Positions 9,204 through 18,629 of a stretch of DNA of 64,000 nucleotides are shown here, in pieces. The notes below the pieces were generated by a model. That model was not told the origin of the DNA. It searched no databases and saw only the letters and a program-made list of their open reading frames with translations. The DNA lies in assembly GCA_026461505.1 (NCBI GenBank), contig JAPJMW010000109.1, forward strand, positions 177 to 64,176. Reading direction: 5' to 3'. A program made the position numbers and the translations under genes. Numbering within the stretch: the stretch's first letter is position 1; every line of letters starts with the position of its first letter. The DNA is from Beijerinckiaceae bacterium (GTDB lineage Bacteria > Pseudomonadota > Alphaproteobacteria > Rhizobiales > Beijerinckiaceae).

Positions 9204-10307
9204 ATGTATGTCGCGGTGAAAGGCGGCGAGGCCGCTATTCTTGCTACGCATGATCTCATCGCCGAAGAGCGCCGTGGTGACGTGTCGGTTCCCGAACTCA
9301 GCGTCGCGCAAATCCGCGAGCAAATGCAGCTTTCTGTCGCGCGGGTGATGAATGAAGGCTCGCTCTACGACGAGGATTTGGGCGCGTTGGCGTTAAAACA
9401 AACCCAAGGCGATTTGATCGAAGCGGCCTTCTTGATGCGCGCCTATCGCACCACGCTGCCGCGCTTTGGCTCGTCGGTTCCGGTGGATACGGCCAGTATG
9501 GCTATTCGCCGTCGTATCTCTGCTACCTATAAGGATTTGCCGGGTGGGCAGGTTTTAGGCCCTACCTATGATTATACCCATCGCCTGTTTGATTTCGCGC
9601 TGATGGCCAATGGCGAACATTCACCCGAGGCAAAAATCGCCGAACACGCTTTGGATGCTGCGATGCCACGCGTACCGGATATTTTGGGCGATGAAGGCTT
9701 GATGGAAGCGGAGGTGCCACCCGTCGGCGATCCGCGCCCGTTCGATTTAACGCGCGATCCGGTTGAGTTTCCTGCCGACCGAGATGTGCGCTTGCAAACG
9801 CTGTCTCGGGGCGATGAAGGATTTCTGTTAGGCCTCGCCTATTCGGTACAGCGCGGCTTTGGCGGTAATCATCCGTTCGCGGGCGAAATTCGCTTAGGTG
9901 AAGTTGCCGTTTCGTTTGCGCCGGAAGAATTGGGATTTGCGATTGAGTTAGGCGATATCACACTGACCGAATGCCAGATGGTAAACCAGTTTAAAGGCTC
10001 GATTGATCAACCACCACAATTCACCCGCGGCTACGGCATCGCCTTTGGCCACGCGGAGCGTAAAGCCATGTCGATGGCGATCATCGACCGCTCGCTCAAA
10101 GCGCGCGACTTTGGTGAGGCAAGTGAATACCCCGCCCAGCAAGAAGAGTTCGTGCTCTATCACTGCGACAATGTTGAAGCCTCAGGCTTTGTCGAACATT
10201 TGAAGCTCCCGCATTATGTGGATTTCCAAGGCGAATTAGAACTGTTGCGTAAAATTCGGCGCGAGCAGGAAGAGCGTTTGGCAGAGCGGAAGGAAGCGGC
10301 AGAATGA
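9204..10307 (+). CDS. phnI: C-P lyase system protein PhnI (ribosyl-phosphonate-forming nucleosidase component)
   Basis: 367 aa. It begins MYVAVKGGE.AI.. as PhnI proteins do, starts directly after the phnH stop, and overlaps phnJ by ATGA. Confidence 0.92.
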   Translation: MYVAVKGGEAAILATHDLIAEERRGDVSVPELSVAQIREQMQLSVARVMNEGSLYDEDLGALALKQTQGDLIEAAFLMRAYRTTLPRFGSSVPVDTASMAIRRRISATYKDLPGGQVLGPTYDYTHRLFDFALMANGEHSPEAKIAEHALDAAMPRVPDILGDEGLMEAEVPPVGDPRPFDLTRDPVEFPADRDVRLQTLSRGDEGFLLGLAYSVQRGFGGNHPFAGEIRLGEVAVSFAPEELGFAIELGDITLTECQMVNQFKGSIDQPPQFTRGYGIAFGHAERKAMSMAIIDRSLKARDFGEASEYPAQQEEFVLYHCDNVEASGFVEHLKLPHYVDFQGELELLRKIRREQEERLAERKEAAE

Positions 10308-11230
10308 ACGCGGCCCAGCACGATCCCGATTATAATTTCGGTTATCTCGACGAACAAACAAAGCGCATGATTCGCCGCGCTTTATTAAAAGCCGTCGCAA
10401 TCCCTGGCTATCAAGTGCCCTTCGGCTCGCGTGAAATGCCTTTGGCACGCGGTTGGGGAACAGGCGGCATTCAAATCACCGCCGCGTTGATTGGGCCTGA
10501 CGATCGGTTGAAGGTGATTGATCAGGGCGCGGATGATACGACCAATGCCGTCTCCATCCGCCGCTTTTTTGCGCGCGTTTCCGGTGTTGAAACAACGGAA
10601 GAAACGAGCGAGGCAAGCATTATTCAAACGCGCCATCGTATTCCGGAAAAGCCGCTCGAAGCGGGGCAAATTTTGGTTTATCAAGTGCCGCAGCCGGAGC
10701 CTTTGCGAAAGCTGGAGCCGTCCGAAGTCGAAACGAGAAAAATGCATGCGTGGGCCGAATATGGCGCGATGCATGTGCGGCTTTACGAGGATATCGCGCG
10801 CTTCGGCCATGTGGCGACAACCTATTCCTATCCGGTGATGGTGAATGGCCGTTATGTGATGTCACCAACGCCCATTCCGAAATTCGATAATCCGAAAATG
10901 GACGATATGCCTGCACTGCAACTCTTCGGCGCGGGCCGTGAAAAGCGTATTTATGCCATACCCCCTTACACGACGGTGAAAAGCCTCGATTTTGAAGACC
11001 ATCCTTTCACCATCCAAAGCTGGACGGAGCCTTGCGCGCTATGCGCGGCAAAAGACAGCTATCTCGATGAAGTGATTACGGACGATAGCGGTGGCCGCAT
11101 GTTTGTATGCTCCGATAGTTCCTATTGCGAAGAGCGTCGCGCGCATGGCCATGTTGGTAAAGAATTAGCAACGGCAGAAGCGCTTGCTTATGTTGATAGC
11201 ACCAAGGGGGCATCGCATGATGCTGAATAG
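10304..11230 (+). CDS. phnJ: Alpha-D-ribose-1-methylphosphonate-5-phosphate C-P lyase PhnJ
   Basis: N-terminus YNFGYLDEQTKRMIRRALLKAVAIPGYQVPF.. and a C-terminal Cys cluster ..CALCAAKDSYLDEV..FVCSDSSYC.. Confidence 0.95.
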   Translation: MNAAQHDPDYNFGYLDEQTKRMIRRALLKAVAIPGYQVPFGSREMPLARGWGTGGIQITAALIGPDDRLKVIDQGADDTTNAVSIRRFFARVSGVETTEETSEASIIQTRHRIPEKPLEAGQILVYQVPQPEPLRKLEPSEVETRKMHAWAEYGAMHVRLYEDIARFGHVATTYSYPVMVNGRYVMSPTPIPKFDNPKMDDMPALQLFGAGREKRIYAIPPYTTVKSLDFEDHPFTIQSWTEPCALCAAKDSYLDEVITDDSGGRMFVCSDSSYCEERRAHGHVGKELATAEALAYVDSTKGASHDAE

Positions 11231-12020
11231 CTCGATTGATCACCTTAAAGATCCGGAGCCAATTTTAATTGCCAACAAGGTCACGAAACATTATGGCGAG
11301 CGGATTGGCTGTGAGGATGTGTCGTTCTCATTATGGCCAGGCGAAGTGCTCGGCATTGTGGGTGAATCGGGTTCTGGCAAATCGACGTTGTTGCGTTGCC
11401 TCGCGGGCATTGATCGCCCGACAAGTGGAGAGATTTTATTCCGTCACAATGATAAGCCGATCAGCCTGTTTGATATTCCAGAACCCACGCGCCGCAAATT
11501 GATGCGGACGGAATGGGGCATCGTTCACCAAAACCCGCGCGATGGACTTCGCATGGATGTGTCGGCGGGCGGCAATGTTGGCGAACGGTTGATGGATCGA
11601 GGGGATCGCCATTATGGTAAAATTCGCGCCTCGGCTCTTGATTGGTTGACGCGTGTTGAAATCAGCGAAGACCGCATTGATGATCGCCCTCGCCAATTTT
11701 CTGGCGGTATGCAGCAGCGCTTGCAAATCGCCCGTGTGCTGGTCCCAGAGCCCCGCCTTGTGTTTATGGATGAGCCAACGGGTGGGCTTGATGTTTCAGT
11801 GCAAGCGCGTCTGCTCGATCTCTTGCGCGTGCTGGTACGCGATTTAGGCATTGCTGCCGTAATCGTTACCCATGATTTGGCAGTGGCCCGATTGCTAACC
11901 GATCGGTTGATGGTCATGAAGGGCGGCTATGTCGTCGAAGAAGGTCTCACTGATCAAGTGCTCGATGATCCGCATCACGCCTATACCCAATTACTCACTT
12001 CCGCTGTTCTCGCGGCTTGA
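11217..12020 (+). CDS. phnK: C-P lyase ATP-binding subunit PhnK
   Basis: Walker A GESGSGKST, signature FSGGMQQR and Walker B VFMDEP. ATG 11217 overlaps the phnJ 3' end. Confidence 0.92.
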   Translation: MMLNSSIDHLKDPEPILIANKVTKHYGERIGCEDVSFSLWPGEVLGIVGESGSGKSTLLRCLAGIDRPTSGEILFRHNDKPISLFDIPEPTRRKLMRTEWGIVHQNPRDGLRMDVSAGGNVGERLMDRGDRHYGKIRASALDWLTRVEISEDRIDDRPRQFSGGMQQRLQIARVLVPEPRLVFMDEPTGGLDVSVQARLLDLLRVLVRDLGIAAVIVTHDLAVARLLTDRLMVMKGGYVVEEGLTDQVLDDPHHAYTQLLTSAVLAA

Positions 12021-12084
12021 TCAAAGCAAATGTCGCGAAATTGTCATCAAGACTTCTTAAACCGCACCTGAAAGCGAGCGCCGC

Positions 12085-12783
12085 ATGACGACCATGTTGA
12101 AAGCTGAAGGGCTAACGAAGCAGTTTGTTCTGCATAATCAGAACAGCGTTACTCTGCCTGTCTTTGCCGAAGTAAGCTTCTCGGTGGATCAAGGCGAAGC
12201 GGTTATCCTCCACGGCCAATCGGGCGTCGGCAAATCAACGCTTTTACGCATTCTCTATGGTAATTATCGCCCGACAAAAGGCCATGTGCATGTTCGGCAT
12301 GGTGACGCGTTTATTGATATTGTTACTGCCACACCGCGCCGCGTTTTGGAAGCGCGCCGCAAATCCATCGGTTTTGTGAGCCAGTTTTTGCGTGTTATTC
12401 CGCGCGTTAAAGCGATTGATATTGTCAAAGACCCGATGCTTGCCCGCGGCGTTGCCGATGACGAGGCAACACGTCGGGCCAGTGATATGCTTGCAAGGCT
12501 CAATCTGCCCGAGCGGTTGTGGAATTTGGCCCCCAGTACGTTTTCTGGTGGCGAACAGCAGCGGGTCAATATTGCGCGAAGCTTTGTGGATCCATCGCCA
12601 ATTTTACTGCTTGATGAACCCACCGCATCGCTTGACGCCGCTAACCGCGATGTTGTCGTCGATCTTATCGCGGAAGCCCGCCAGAATGGCTCGGCTATTA
12701 TTGGCATTTTTCATGACGAGGCCGTTCGTGACCGCGTCGCTACCCGTCGCTTAGATCTCACCGCATATAAGGCAGCCGCTTGA
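12085..12783 (+). CDS. phnL: C-P lyase ATP-binding subunit PhnL
   Basis: Walker A GQSGVGKST, signature FSGGEQQR and Walker B LLLDEP, at the expected position. Confidence 0.92.
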   Translation: MTTMLKAEGLTKQFVLHNQNSVTLPVFAEVSFSVDQGEAVILHGQSGVGKSTLLRILYGNYRPTKGHVHVRHGDAFIDIVTATPRRVLEARRKSIGFVSQFLRVIPRVKAIDIVKDPMLARGVADDEATRRASDMLARLNLPERLWNLAPSTFSGGEQQRVNIARSFVDPSPILLLDEPTASLDAANRDVVVDLIAEARQNGSAIIGIFHDEAVRDRVATRRLDLTAYKAAA

Positions 12784-12785
12784 TC

Positions 12786-13931
12786 ATGACCGAAACGATC
12801 CTTACCAACGCCACGCTCGTGCTTGAAAACGAAACCCGCAACGGCACGATAGCCTTTAATGAAACAGGCATTACGGGGCTCGATTTTTCGCGTTCTTCGC
12901 TTCCATTGGCGATTGATGTTGAAGGCGACTATGTCACTCCCGGCATTGTTGAAATGCATACCGACAATATGGAAAAACATTTCGTGCCGCGCCCCGGCGT
13001 GTTTTGGCCGAATGGCTTGGCAGCGGCTTTAGCGCATGATGCGCAAATTGCATCGGCGGGCATTACGACGGTTTATGATTCAATCTGTGCAGGCTCCGTT
13101 TTTGGTCAAAAAGACTATCGCCGCGAAATTTTCCCGAAAGTCATCCGAGCGGTTGAAGAAGGTGTATCGAGCGGTGCATTCCGGGTTGACCATCACATCC
13201 ATATTCGCTGTGAATTGACGGGTGATGAACTCGTTGATGATGTTGCGCCTTTCGCCGATAATCCGCTTGTGCGTTTGATTTCTTTGATGGATCACACGCC
13301 GGGTCAACGTCAGTGGCGCAATCTTGATAATTTAAAGCGTTATAATTTAGGTTCCGGTGAAAAAACGCCTGAGCAGCATGAAGAGGATGTTGCCGTAAGG
13401 ATGGAAGTTGGACCGGCCAATATGCAAAAGAATTGGCCTTTAGTAGTTGAGATGTTCGGCTCGCGCGGTATTCCGATTGCAACGCATGACGATACCACGG
13501 AAGATGATGTCGAAGCAGGTGTCCGCTCTGGCGCGGTGATCTCCGAGTTTCCGACAACCGTTATTGCCGCTGAAGCGGCTAAACGGAAAGGCCTCGCAAC
13601 CATTATGGGTGCACCCAATGTGGTAAGAGGCGGTTCGCATTCGGGTGGCGTTTCAGCGGCTGAACTCGCCAAGCTCGGTCTGCTCGATGGCCTTTCATCA
13701 GATTATGTTCCTGCAAGTCTCTTGCAAGCGGTTTTAAAGCTGAATACGGATTACGGCATTGCTTTTGCCGATGCGATGGCCAAAGTGACATGGAAAGTAG
13801 CCGATATGGTTGGCCTCCAAGATCGCGGCCGTTTAGAGTTAGGCAAGCGTGCCGATATTCTGCATTTTAAAGCGATAGGCCCAACGCCCGTTATCCGTGC
13901 GCTCTGGTCCAGTGGCAAAAGGGCGTTCTGA
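12786..13931 (+). CDS. phnM: Alpha-D-ribose-1-methylphosphonate-5-triphosphate diphosphatase PhnM (amidohydrolase fold)
   Basis: The ATG lies 2 nt after the phnL stop. Amidohydrolase-type motifs are present (..GIVEMHTDN.., ..ATHDD.., ..SSDYVP..). Confidence 0.9.
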   Translation: MTETILTNATLVLENETRNGTIAFNETGITGLDFSRSSLPLAIDVEGDYVTPGIVEMHTDNMEKHFVPRPGVFWPNGLAAALAHDAQIASAGITTVYDSICAGSVFGQKDYRREIFPKVIRAVEEGVSSGAFRVDHHIHIRCELTGDELVDDVAPFADNPLVRLISLMDHTPGQRQWRNLDNLKRYNLGSGEKTPEQHEEDVAVRMEVGPANMQKNWPLVVEMFGSRGIPIATHDDTTEDDVEAGVRSGAVISEFPTTVIAAEAAKRKGLATIMGAPNVVRGGSHSGGVSAAELAKLGLLDGLSSDYVPASLLQAVLKLNTDYGIAFADAMAKVTWKVADMVGLQDRGRLELGKRADILHFKAIGPTPVIRALWSSGKRAF

Positions 13932-13933
13932 CC

Positions 13934-14638
13934 ATGTCAGGGAATGATGCGGCTCGCTACGCCATCTATTATGCGCCGGAGCCGTCGACTAAGCTTTGGC
14001 AGTTTGGCTCGTCCGTCGTAGGTTATGATGCGGTTGATGGGACGGATCAGGCTGTTCCGGCGTTTGCAGATTCTCTCTCCGGCCGATGGCACGAGCTTAC
14101 ATCTGAACCACGCAAATATGGTTTCCACGCAACGTTAAAAGCTCCGTTTCATCTTGCGCAAGGTGTTGATGAAATGGCGTTGATGGTCGCCATTGAGCGG
14201 TTTTCACAAACGGCACGCGCCGCCATCATGGAAGGTTTAGAGGTGGCCAGCATAGGCCCGTTTATTGCGCTTCGTCCCTTTGGCGATGTGGCTATATTGA
14301 ACGCATTAGCCAGCACCATTGTACGCCATTTTGAACCCTTTCGAGCCCCTTTATCGGCAGAGGATCGCGCGCGGCGTTTGAAGTCTCCGCTCACCGAGCG
14401 GCAAACCGATTATCTTGATCGTTTCGGATATCCTTATGTGCATGAGGAATTTCGTTTTCATATGACGCTTACGGGTCCGCTTCATGCGGATGATCGAGAG
14501 GCGACGTTAAGCGTTTTAAAATCAGCCTATCAGCAATATGGCGGGGCTACCCAGACGACCATCGATCGTATCTGTCTTTTTAAGCAAGACACTCCGTCAT
14601 CGCGCTTCAGGATTATTGGCAGTGCGATTCTTGCCTGA
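13934..14638 (+). CDS. DUF1045-type putative phosphonate-metabolism protein (2H-phosphoesterase-like)
   Basis: ..YGFHATLKAPF.. and ..FRFHMTLTG.. form a pair of H-x-T-like motifs. It sits directly behind phnM, as in other alphaproteobacterial phn loci. Confidence 0.75.
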   Translation: MSGNDAARYAIYYAPEPSTKLWQFGSSVVGYDAVDGTDQAVPAFADSLSGRWHELTSEPRKYGFHATLKAPFHLAQGVDEMALMVAIERFSQTARAAIMEGLEVASIGPFIALRPFGDVAILNALASTIVRHFEPFRAPLSAEDRARRLKSPLTERQTDYLDRFGYPYVHEEFRFHMTLTGPLHADDREATLSVLKSAYQQYGGATQTTIDRICLFKQDTPSSRFRIIGSAILA

Positions 14639-14642
14639 ACGG

Positions 14643-15221
14643 CTAAGCCGATCTGATCGCATCAATGAACGCGCCGCTGACATCTTCGGGCTTGGTCTCG
14701 TTGCGAATTTCAATCAAGCGAGCGGAGCTTACATCAACGGGCGCTTCGCGTTTAAGCCGCTTGCTGATCTCATCAGCACTTTCGCGGCCCCGTTTGGCAA
14801 TGCGCTCGGCCAAGAGAGCAGGGTCACATACAATCGACAAAACCGTAACGCGATGGCCCAGGGCTTCCGCCGCACCAATCACTTTTCGCGAGACATTAAT
14901 GATGGCTGTTGCGCCTTCCTCAAGCGAAGCGAGGCTTGCGCGGGTGATGCCATAGCGCAAGCCATGGGCGCCCCAGCTCAAGGCAAAATATCCATCCGCT
15001 TCGGCCTTTTCGAAATGTTCGAGGTCCATCGTGTCATGGTCTTCGGCATCCGCCTGTGCAGTGCGGGTAATTACACGACGTGGAAAAATGAACCGTGGAT
15101 CATCCATCAAAGCATTCCGTGCAAGCCCGATCAGCGTGTCTTTACCGCTGCCCGATGGGCCAACAACGAGCACAAGCGAACCATTTTTAACATCGGATTG
15201 TTGCAGGGGAGAATGTGACAT
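14643..15221 (-). CDS. phnN: Ribose-1,5-bisphosphate phosphokinase PhnN
   Basis: P-loop VVGPSGSGKDTL and guanylate-kinase-like size (192 aa) when started at ATG 15221. The longer listed ORF only adds residues antisense to the neighbouring gene. Confidence 0.85.
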   Translation of the reverse strand: MSHSPLQQSDVKNGSLVLVVGPSGSGKDTLIGLARNALMDDPRFIFPRRVITRTAQADAEDHDTMDLEHFEKAEADGYFALSWGAHGLRYGITRASLASLEEGATAIINVSRKVIGAAEALGHRVTVLSIVCDPALLAERIAKRGRESADEISKRLKREAPVDVSSARLIEIRNETKPEDVSGAFIDAIRSA

Positions 15222-15843
15222 GGCGGGTAAAAAACTCGGAATTGAACCTATGATCGATCCGACAGCAAAAGTGGAGCGGACAACACTTGGACGGTACACC
15301 GAGATCGGCGCACGAACCAGTATCACGGAATGCACGATTGGTGATTATTCCTACATCGTGAACGATGGAAATGTAATCTATACGACAATCGGAAAATTTT
15401 GTTCGATTGCCGCGATGGTACGCATCAATCCCGGTAACCATCCGATGCACCGGGCAACGCAAGCGCATTTCACCTATCGTTCGAGCGCCTATTTTGAAGG
15501 TGAGGCGGATGATGCTGATTTTTTTGAATGGCGTCGCTCCACACCGGTGATCATCGGGCACGATGTCTGGATCGGCCATGGCGCGATCATCTTGCCTGGC
15601 AGGACGATAGGGAATGGCGCGGTCATTGCCGCGGGCGCGGTCGTTACAAAGGACGTGGCTCCCTATACGATTGTGGCCGGGGTTGCGGCCAAACCCGTGA
15701 AGCTCCGTTTCCCTGAAAAGCTGGCCAACGCGCTACAGGAATTAGCATGGTGGGACTGGGAGCACGAAACGCTTCGGCATGCTCTACCTGATTTCCGCGC
15801 GCTAGGAGCCGAAGCCTTCGTCGAAAAATATGCCGGTGTTTAA
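15220..15843 (+). CDS. Hexapeptide-repeat acyltransferase of the phosphonate-locus type
   Basis: Left-handed beta-helix repeats (..IGDYSYIVNDG.., ..IGHDVWIGHGAIILPGRTIGNGAVIAAGAVV..). ATG 15220 lies 7 nt behind GGGGAGA. The upstream part of the listed ORF is antisense phnN. Confidence 0.8.
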   Translation: MAGKKLGIEPMIDPTAKVERTTLGRYTEIGARTSITECTIGDYSYIVNDGNVIYTTIGKFCSIAAMVRINPGNHPMHRATQAHFTYRSSAYFEGEADDADFFEWRRSTPVIIGHDVWIGHGAIILPGRTIGNGAVIAAGAVVTKDVAPYTIVAGVAAKPVKLRFPEKLANALQELAWWDWEHETLRHALPDFRALGAEAFVEKYAGV

Positions 15844-16409
15844 GGACCAACCGCAACGCCGACAAAAAAGTTAGTGGTTTTGTTCGGAAATGGCGCGCCG
15901 GACAAGATGAAGATGATAGCATTTATACCATTGAAATTACAGTATAATCTAAAATTGTCATAAAAGCTCGATTAATTTCGCTAGTCAATTGCCTTTCAAT
16001 AACTAAGCCTGTCGAGCCTGCCGCGTCGGTTTCAATGTTCATATTTTAAATGGGGATCCCAGCAGGCTATTTCCTTTGTTCGCTATGTCACAACCCGTTA
16101 AAGCTGAGTTCTAATGTTGTTTGAAGAGGAGGCTGGTGCAAATTTTTTTAATTTAGATGTTAGCGGTGGACGGTTACGGTCTACACAGCTGATTTTGGAT
16201 TGAGTTGGCAAAGTATAATATCTTCTTATTAAGTCATTACGATTCACATACTTTTGAATTTTTTTATAGAAGCAACCTTTTATACCCTTGGTCTTGGGCG
16301 GCGAGTCAAAAGAGGTATTACTGTATTATGGTAATTTATACTACTCGCTTGTAATGTTTTGCTTAAGCTAAAAATATTGCAAATTTAAGGGTTATTTCAG
16401 AAGCCGTGT

Positions 16410-18098
16410 CTAATTGGATTTTTTATGTTCCGCCTTGATCAGATCTGCAGCCTTTTCAGCCAAACAATAAGTCGCTGCCACAGTATTTGCCGAAACGATT
16501 GCGGGCATTACCGACGCATCTACAACGCGCAAAGCATCGATACCATGGACGCGTAAACTCGCCGGATCAACAACAGTCATTTCACCGTGTCCCATGCTGC
16601 ATGTCCCGACCGGATGAAACAAAGTGCCGACAGTCTGACGAATAAAGGCTTCAATTGCACCGTCGCTTTGAACGTCAGGACCCGGGCTCACCTCGCAATC
16701 AAGATGCGGTTTAAAAGCTGGTTGCGAGACGATATTGCGGATAATTTTAAATCCCTCGCGCAGAGTATGCATCGTGCTCTTGTCACGGAAAAAATTAAAG
16801 ATGATCGATGGCTTTTCGTGAGGGTCTGCGCTTTTGAGACTAATATTGCCTATACTGTTTGGCCTCAGTTCCGTTATATGAAGGAGAAATCCGTGACCTG
16901 TGAAACCGGCCGCATTCTGGGTGTTTGCAACGCCCGCGCAGAAAAATAGCTGCGCGTCGGGCCTGTCTGTATCCGGACGCGTCGAAATAAAACCGCCTGC
17001 CTCCGCTGTTGTTGAAGCGAATACGCCACGTCGGCGCAAAAACCAGTCAAGCACGTGTACGATATTTCGTGGGAATGCCTTCCAGGAAATGCCATAGGGT
17101 CCCGTCGTTTTGGCTTTATATTCAAGCGTGATGTCGAGATGATCTTGGAGATTTTTTCCAACACCTGGCAAATGATTCACAACAGGGATTTCATAAGCCT
17201 CTAATTCTTTACGATCCCCGATACCCGAGAGCATTAAAAGATGTGGTGATACAAAAGAACCTGCGGATAAAATAATCTCTTTAGCCGAAATCGTTTCTTT
17301 GCGGCCCTCGCTCTCAACTTCAATACCCGTAGCGCGTCGCCCTTCTAATAATACGCGAAGCGCTTTGCGGTTTGATAGAATGATTAAATTAGGCCGATGT
17401 CTTACAGGATCAATATAAGCCGCTTCCGCGGAATGCCGTTCACCTTTACGATGTGTGAAGGTATAATAGCCTACGCCATTTTGGCGTTCGCCGTTAAAAT
17501 CGGCGTTAAATTCAAAGCCGGCTTGCTGCGCTGCTTCTAAATATACATTGGTCATTGTATTGACGCTGCGCGGCGGGGCGAGATTCAATGGTCCGTCAGT
17601 ACCGTGATAGGCGGGATCGATAAAATCGCCAAGCGCTCTGCCTTTGACTTTGATTTGTTTCGCAGTCTTGGCGTCTGCCAACAATTCAAACCGCTCGACC
17701 TTTTTGAAGTAAGGGAGGAGGTCATCATAGCCCCACCCCTGATTGCCAAGATCACGCCAATGATCAAAATCCTCGCGCTGTCCGCGTATAAAGATTTGTC
17801 CATTTACGTTAGTAGAACCGCCAGTGCCTTTGCCACGTGGCAGTTCAATTTTACGACCTTGGAGGCCGGGCTCGGGTTCCGACTGAAACCATGACATGAA
17901 TTTTGTGCCGCCAAAAAAGGCTAGTGCAGGTGCCATGAAGGTCACCATTGCCAATGGCATTTTGACAATCGTCTTCCGTGAATTTTGATCCGGACCTGCC
18001 TCAATCAACGCAACCCGAACGGTTGGATCTTCGGTCAGACGGTTAGCCAAAACACAACCGGCTGCCCCTGCACCCACGATGATATAATCATACTGCAT
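16410..18098 (-). CDS. GMC-family FAD oxidoreductase (choline/alcohol-dehydrogenase-like)
   Basis: N-terminal YDYIIVGAGAAGCVLANRLTED and C-terminal ..HPVGTCSMG.. and ..LRVVDASVMP.. motifs. 562 aa. Confidence 0.85.
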   Translation of the reverse strand: MQYDYIIVGAGAAGCVLANRLTEDPTVRVALIEAGPDQNSRKTIVKMPLAMVTFMAPALAFFGGTKFMSWFQSEPEPGLQGRKIELPRGKGTGGSTNVNGQIFIRGQREDFDHWRDLGNQGWGYDDLLPYFKKVERFELLADAKTAKQIKVKGRALGDFIDPAYHGTDGPLNLAPPRSVNTMTNVYLEAAQQAGFEFNADFNGERQNGVGYYTFTHRKGERHSAEAAYIDPVRHRPNLIILSNRKALRVLLEGRRATGIEVESEGRKETISAKEIILSAGSFVSPHLLMLSGIGDRKELEAYEIPVVNHLPGVGKNLQDHLDITLEYKAKTTGPYGISWKAFPRNIVHVLDWFLRRRGVFASTTAEAGGFISTRPDTDRPDAQLFFCAGVANTQNAAGFTGHGFLLHITELRPNSIGNISLKSADPHEKPSIIFNFFRDKSTMHTLREGFKIIRNIVSQPAFKPHLDCEVSPGPDVQSDGAIEAFIRQTVGTLFHPVGTCSMGHGEMTVVDPASLRVHGIDALRVVDASVMPAIVSANTVAATYCLAEKAADLIKAEHKKSN

Positions 18099-18208
18099 GT
18101 TCTGACGCCTCCCTATAAAAGGGTTAGCACGACACCATGATTGCGCAAGTAATATGCTTGATGCCCAGTGTTTAGGCCTTCATACTGCTAGGATAAAAGG
18201 CTTCGGAG

Positions 18209-18616
18209 ATGACAATGAACCCGAACGAACTTCGAACTTTATACCATGGCTATATTGATTGCCTCAATTCGAGAAATCTCGATCAGCTCGGGGAGTTCGT
18301 TGACGCGGATGTCGAATATAACGGGACGCGTGTTTCACTCGCGGGATATCAAGACATGCTCAAGCGCGATTTCGAGGCCATTCCTGATCTGTATTTCAAT
18401 ATTACGCTCTTATGTTCCGAGCCACCGCTGATTGCGAGCCGCCTTGATTTTAATTGTACGCCTTCAAGTACTCTCTTTGGCATCGCTGTAAATGGAATAC
18501 GGGTGCAGTTTTCAGAGAATGTATTTTACCAATTCCACTCACGGCGAATTAGTCGCGTTTGGTCGGTGATTGACGAGGCCGCTATAGCGCGTCAGGTCAA
18601 AGAAGCTCGCTTATAA
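18209..18616 (+). CDS. SnoaL-like ester-cyclase-fold protein
   Basis: 135 aa. ..LYHGYIDCLNSRNLDQLGEFVDADVEYNG.. is typical of the NTF2/SnoaL-like fold. Family-level call only. Confidence 0.55.
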   Translation: MTMNPNELRTLYHGYIDCLNSRNLDQLGEFVDADVEYNGTRVSLAGYQDMLKRDFEAIPDLYFNITLLCSEPPLIASRLDFNCTPSSTLFGIAVNGIRVQFSENVFYQFHSRRISRVWSVIDEAAIARQVKEARL

Positions 18617-18629
18617 ATCCGTAGTCCGG

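Noticed and set aside
15031-15335. Long N-terminal extensions of both the acyltransferase ORF (from 15031) and the phnN ORF (from 15335)
   Set aside because: Each extension is simply the antisense of the other gene and looks unlike protein. Internal ATGs at 15220 and 15221 give products of canonical size. Only the acyltransferase ATG has a good SD (GGGGAGA). phnN has none.
15844-16409. AT-rich spacer checked as a CRISPR array, tRNA or rRNA fragment, or IS end
   Set aside because: There are no regularly spaced direct repeats, no tRNA-like T-arm or acceptor pattern, and no terminal inverted repeats or transposase fragments.
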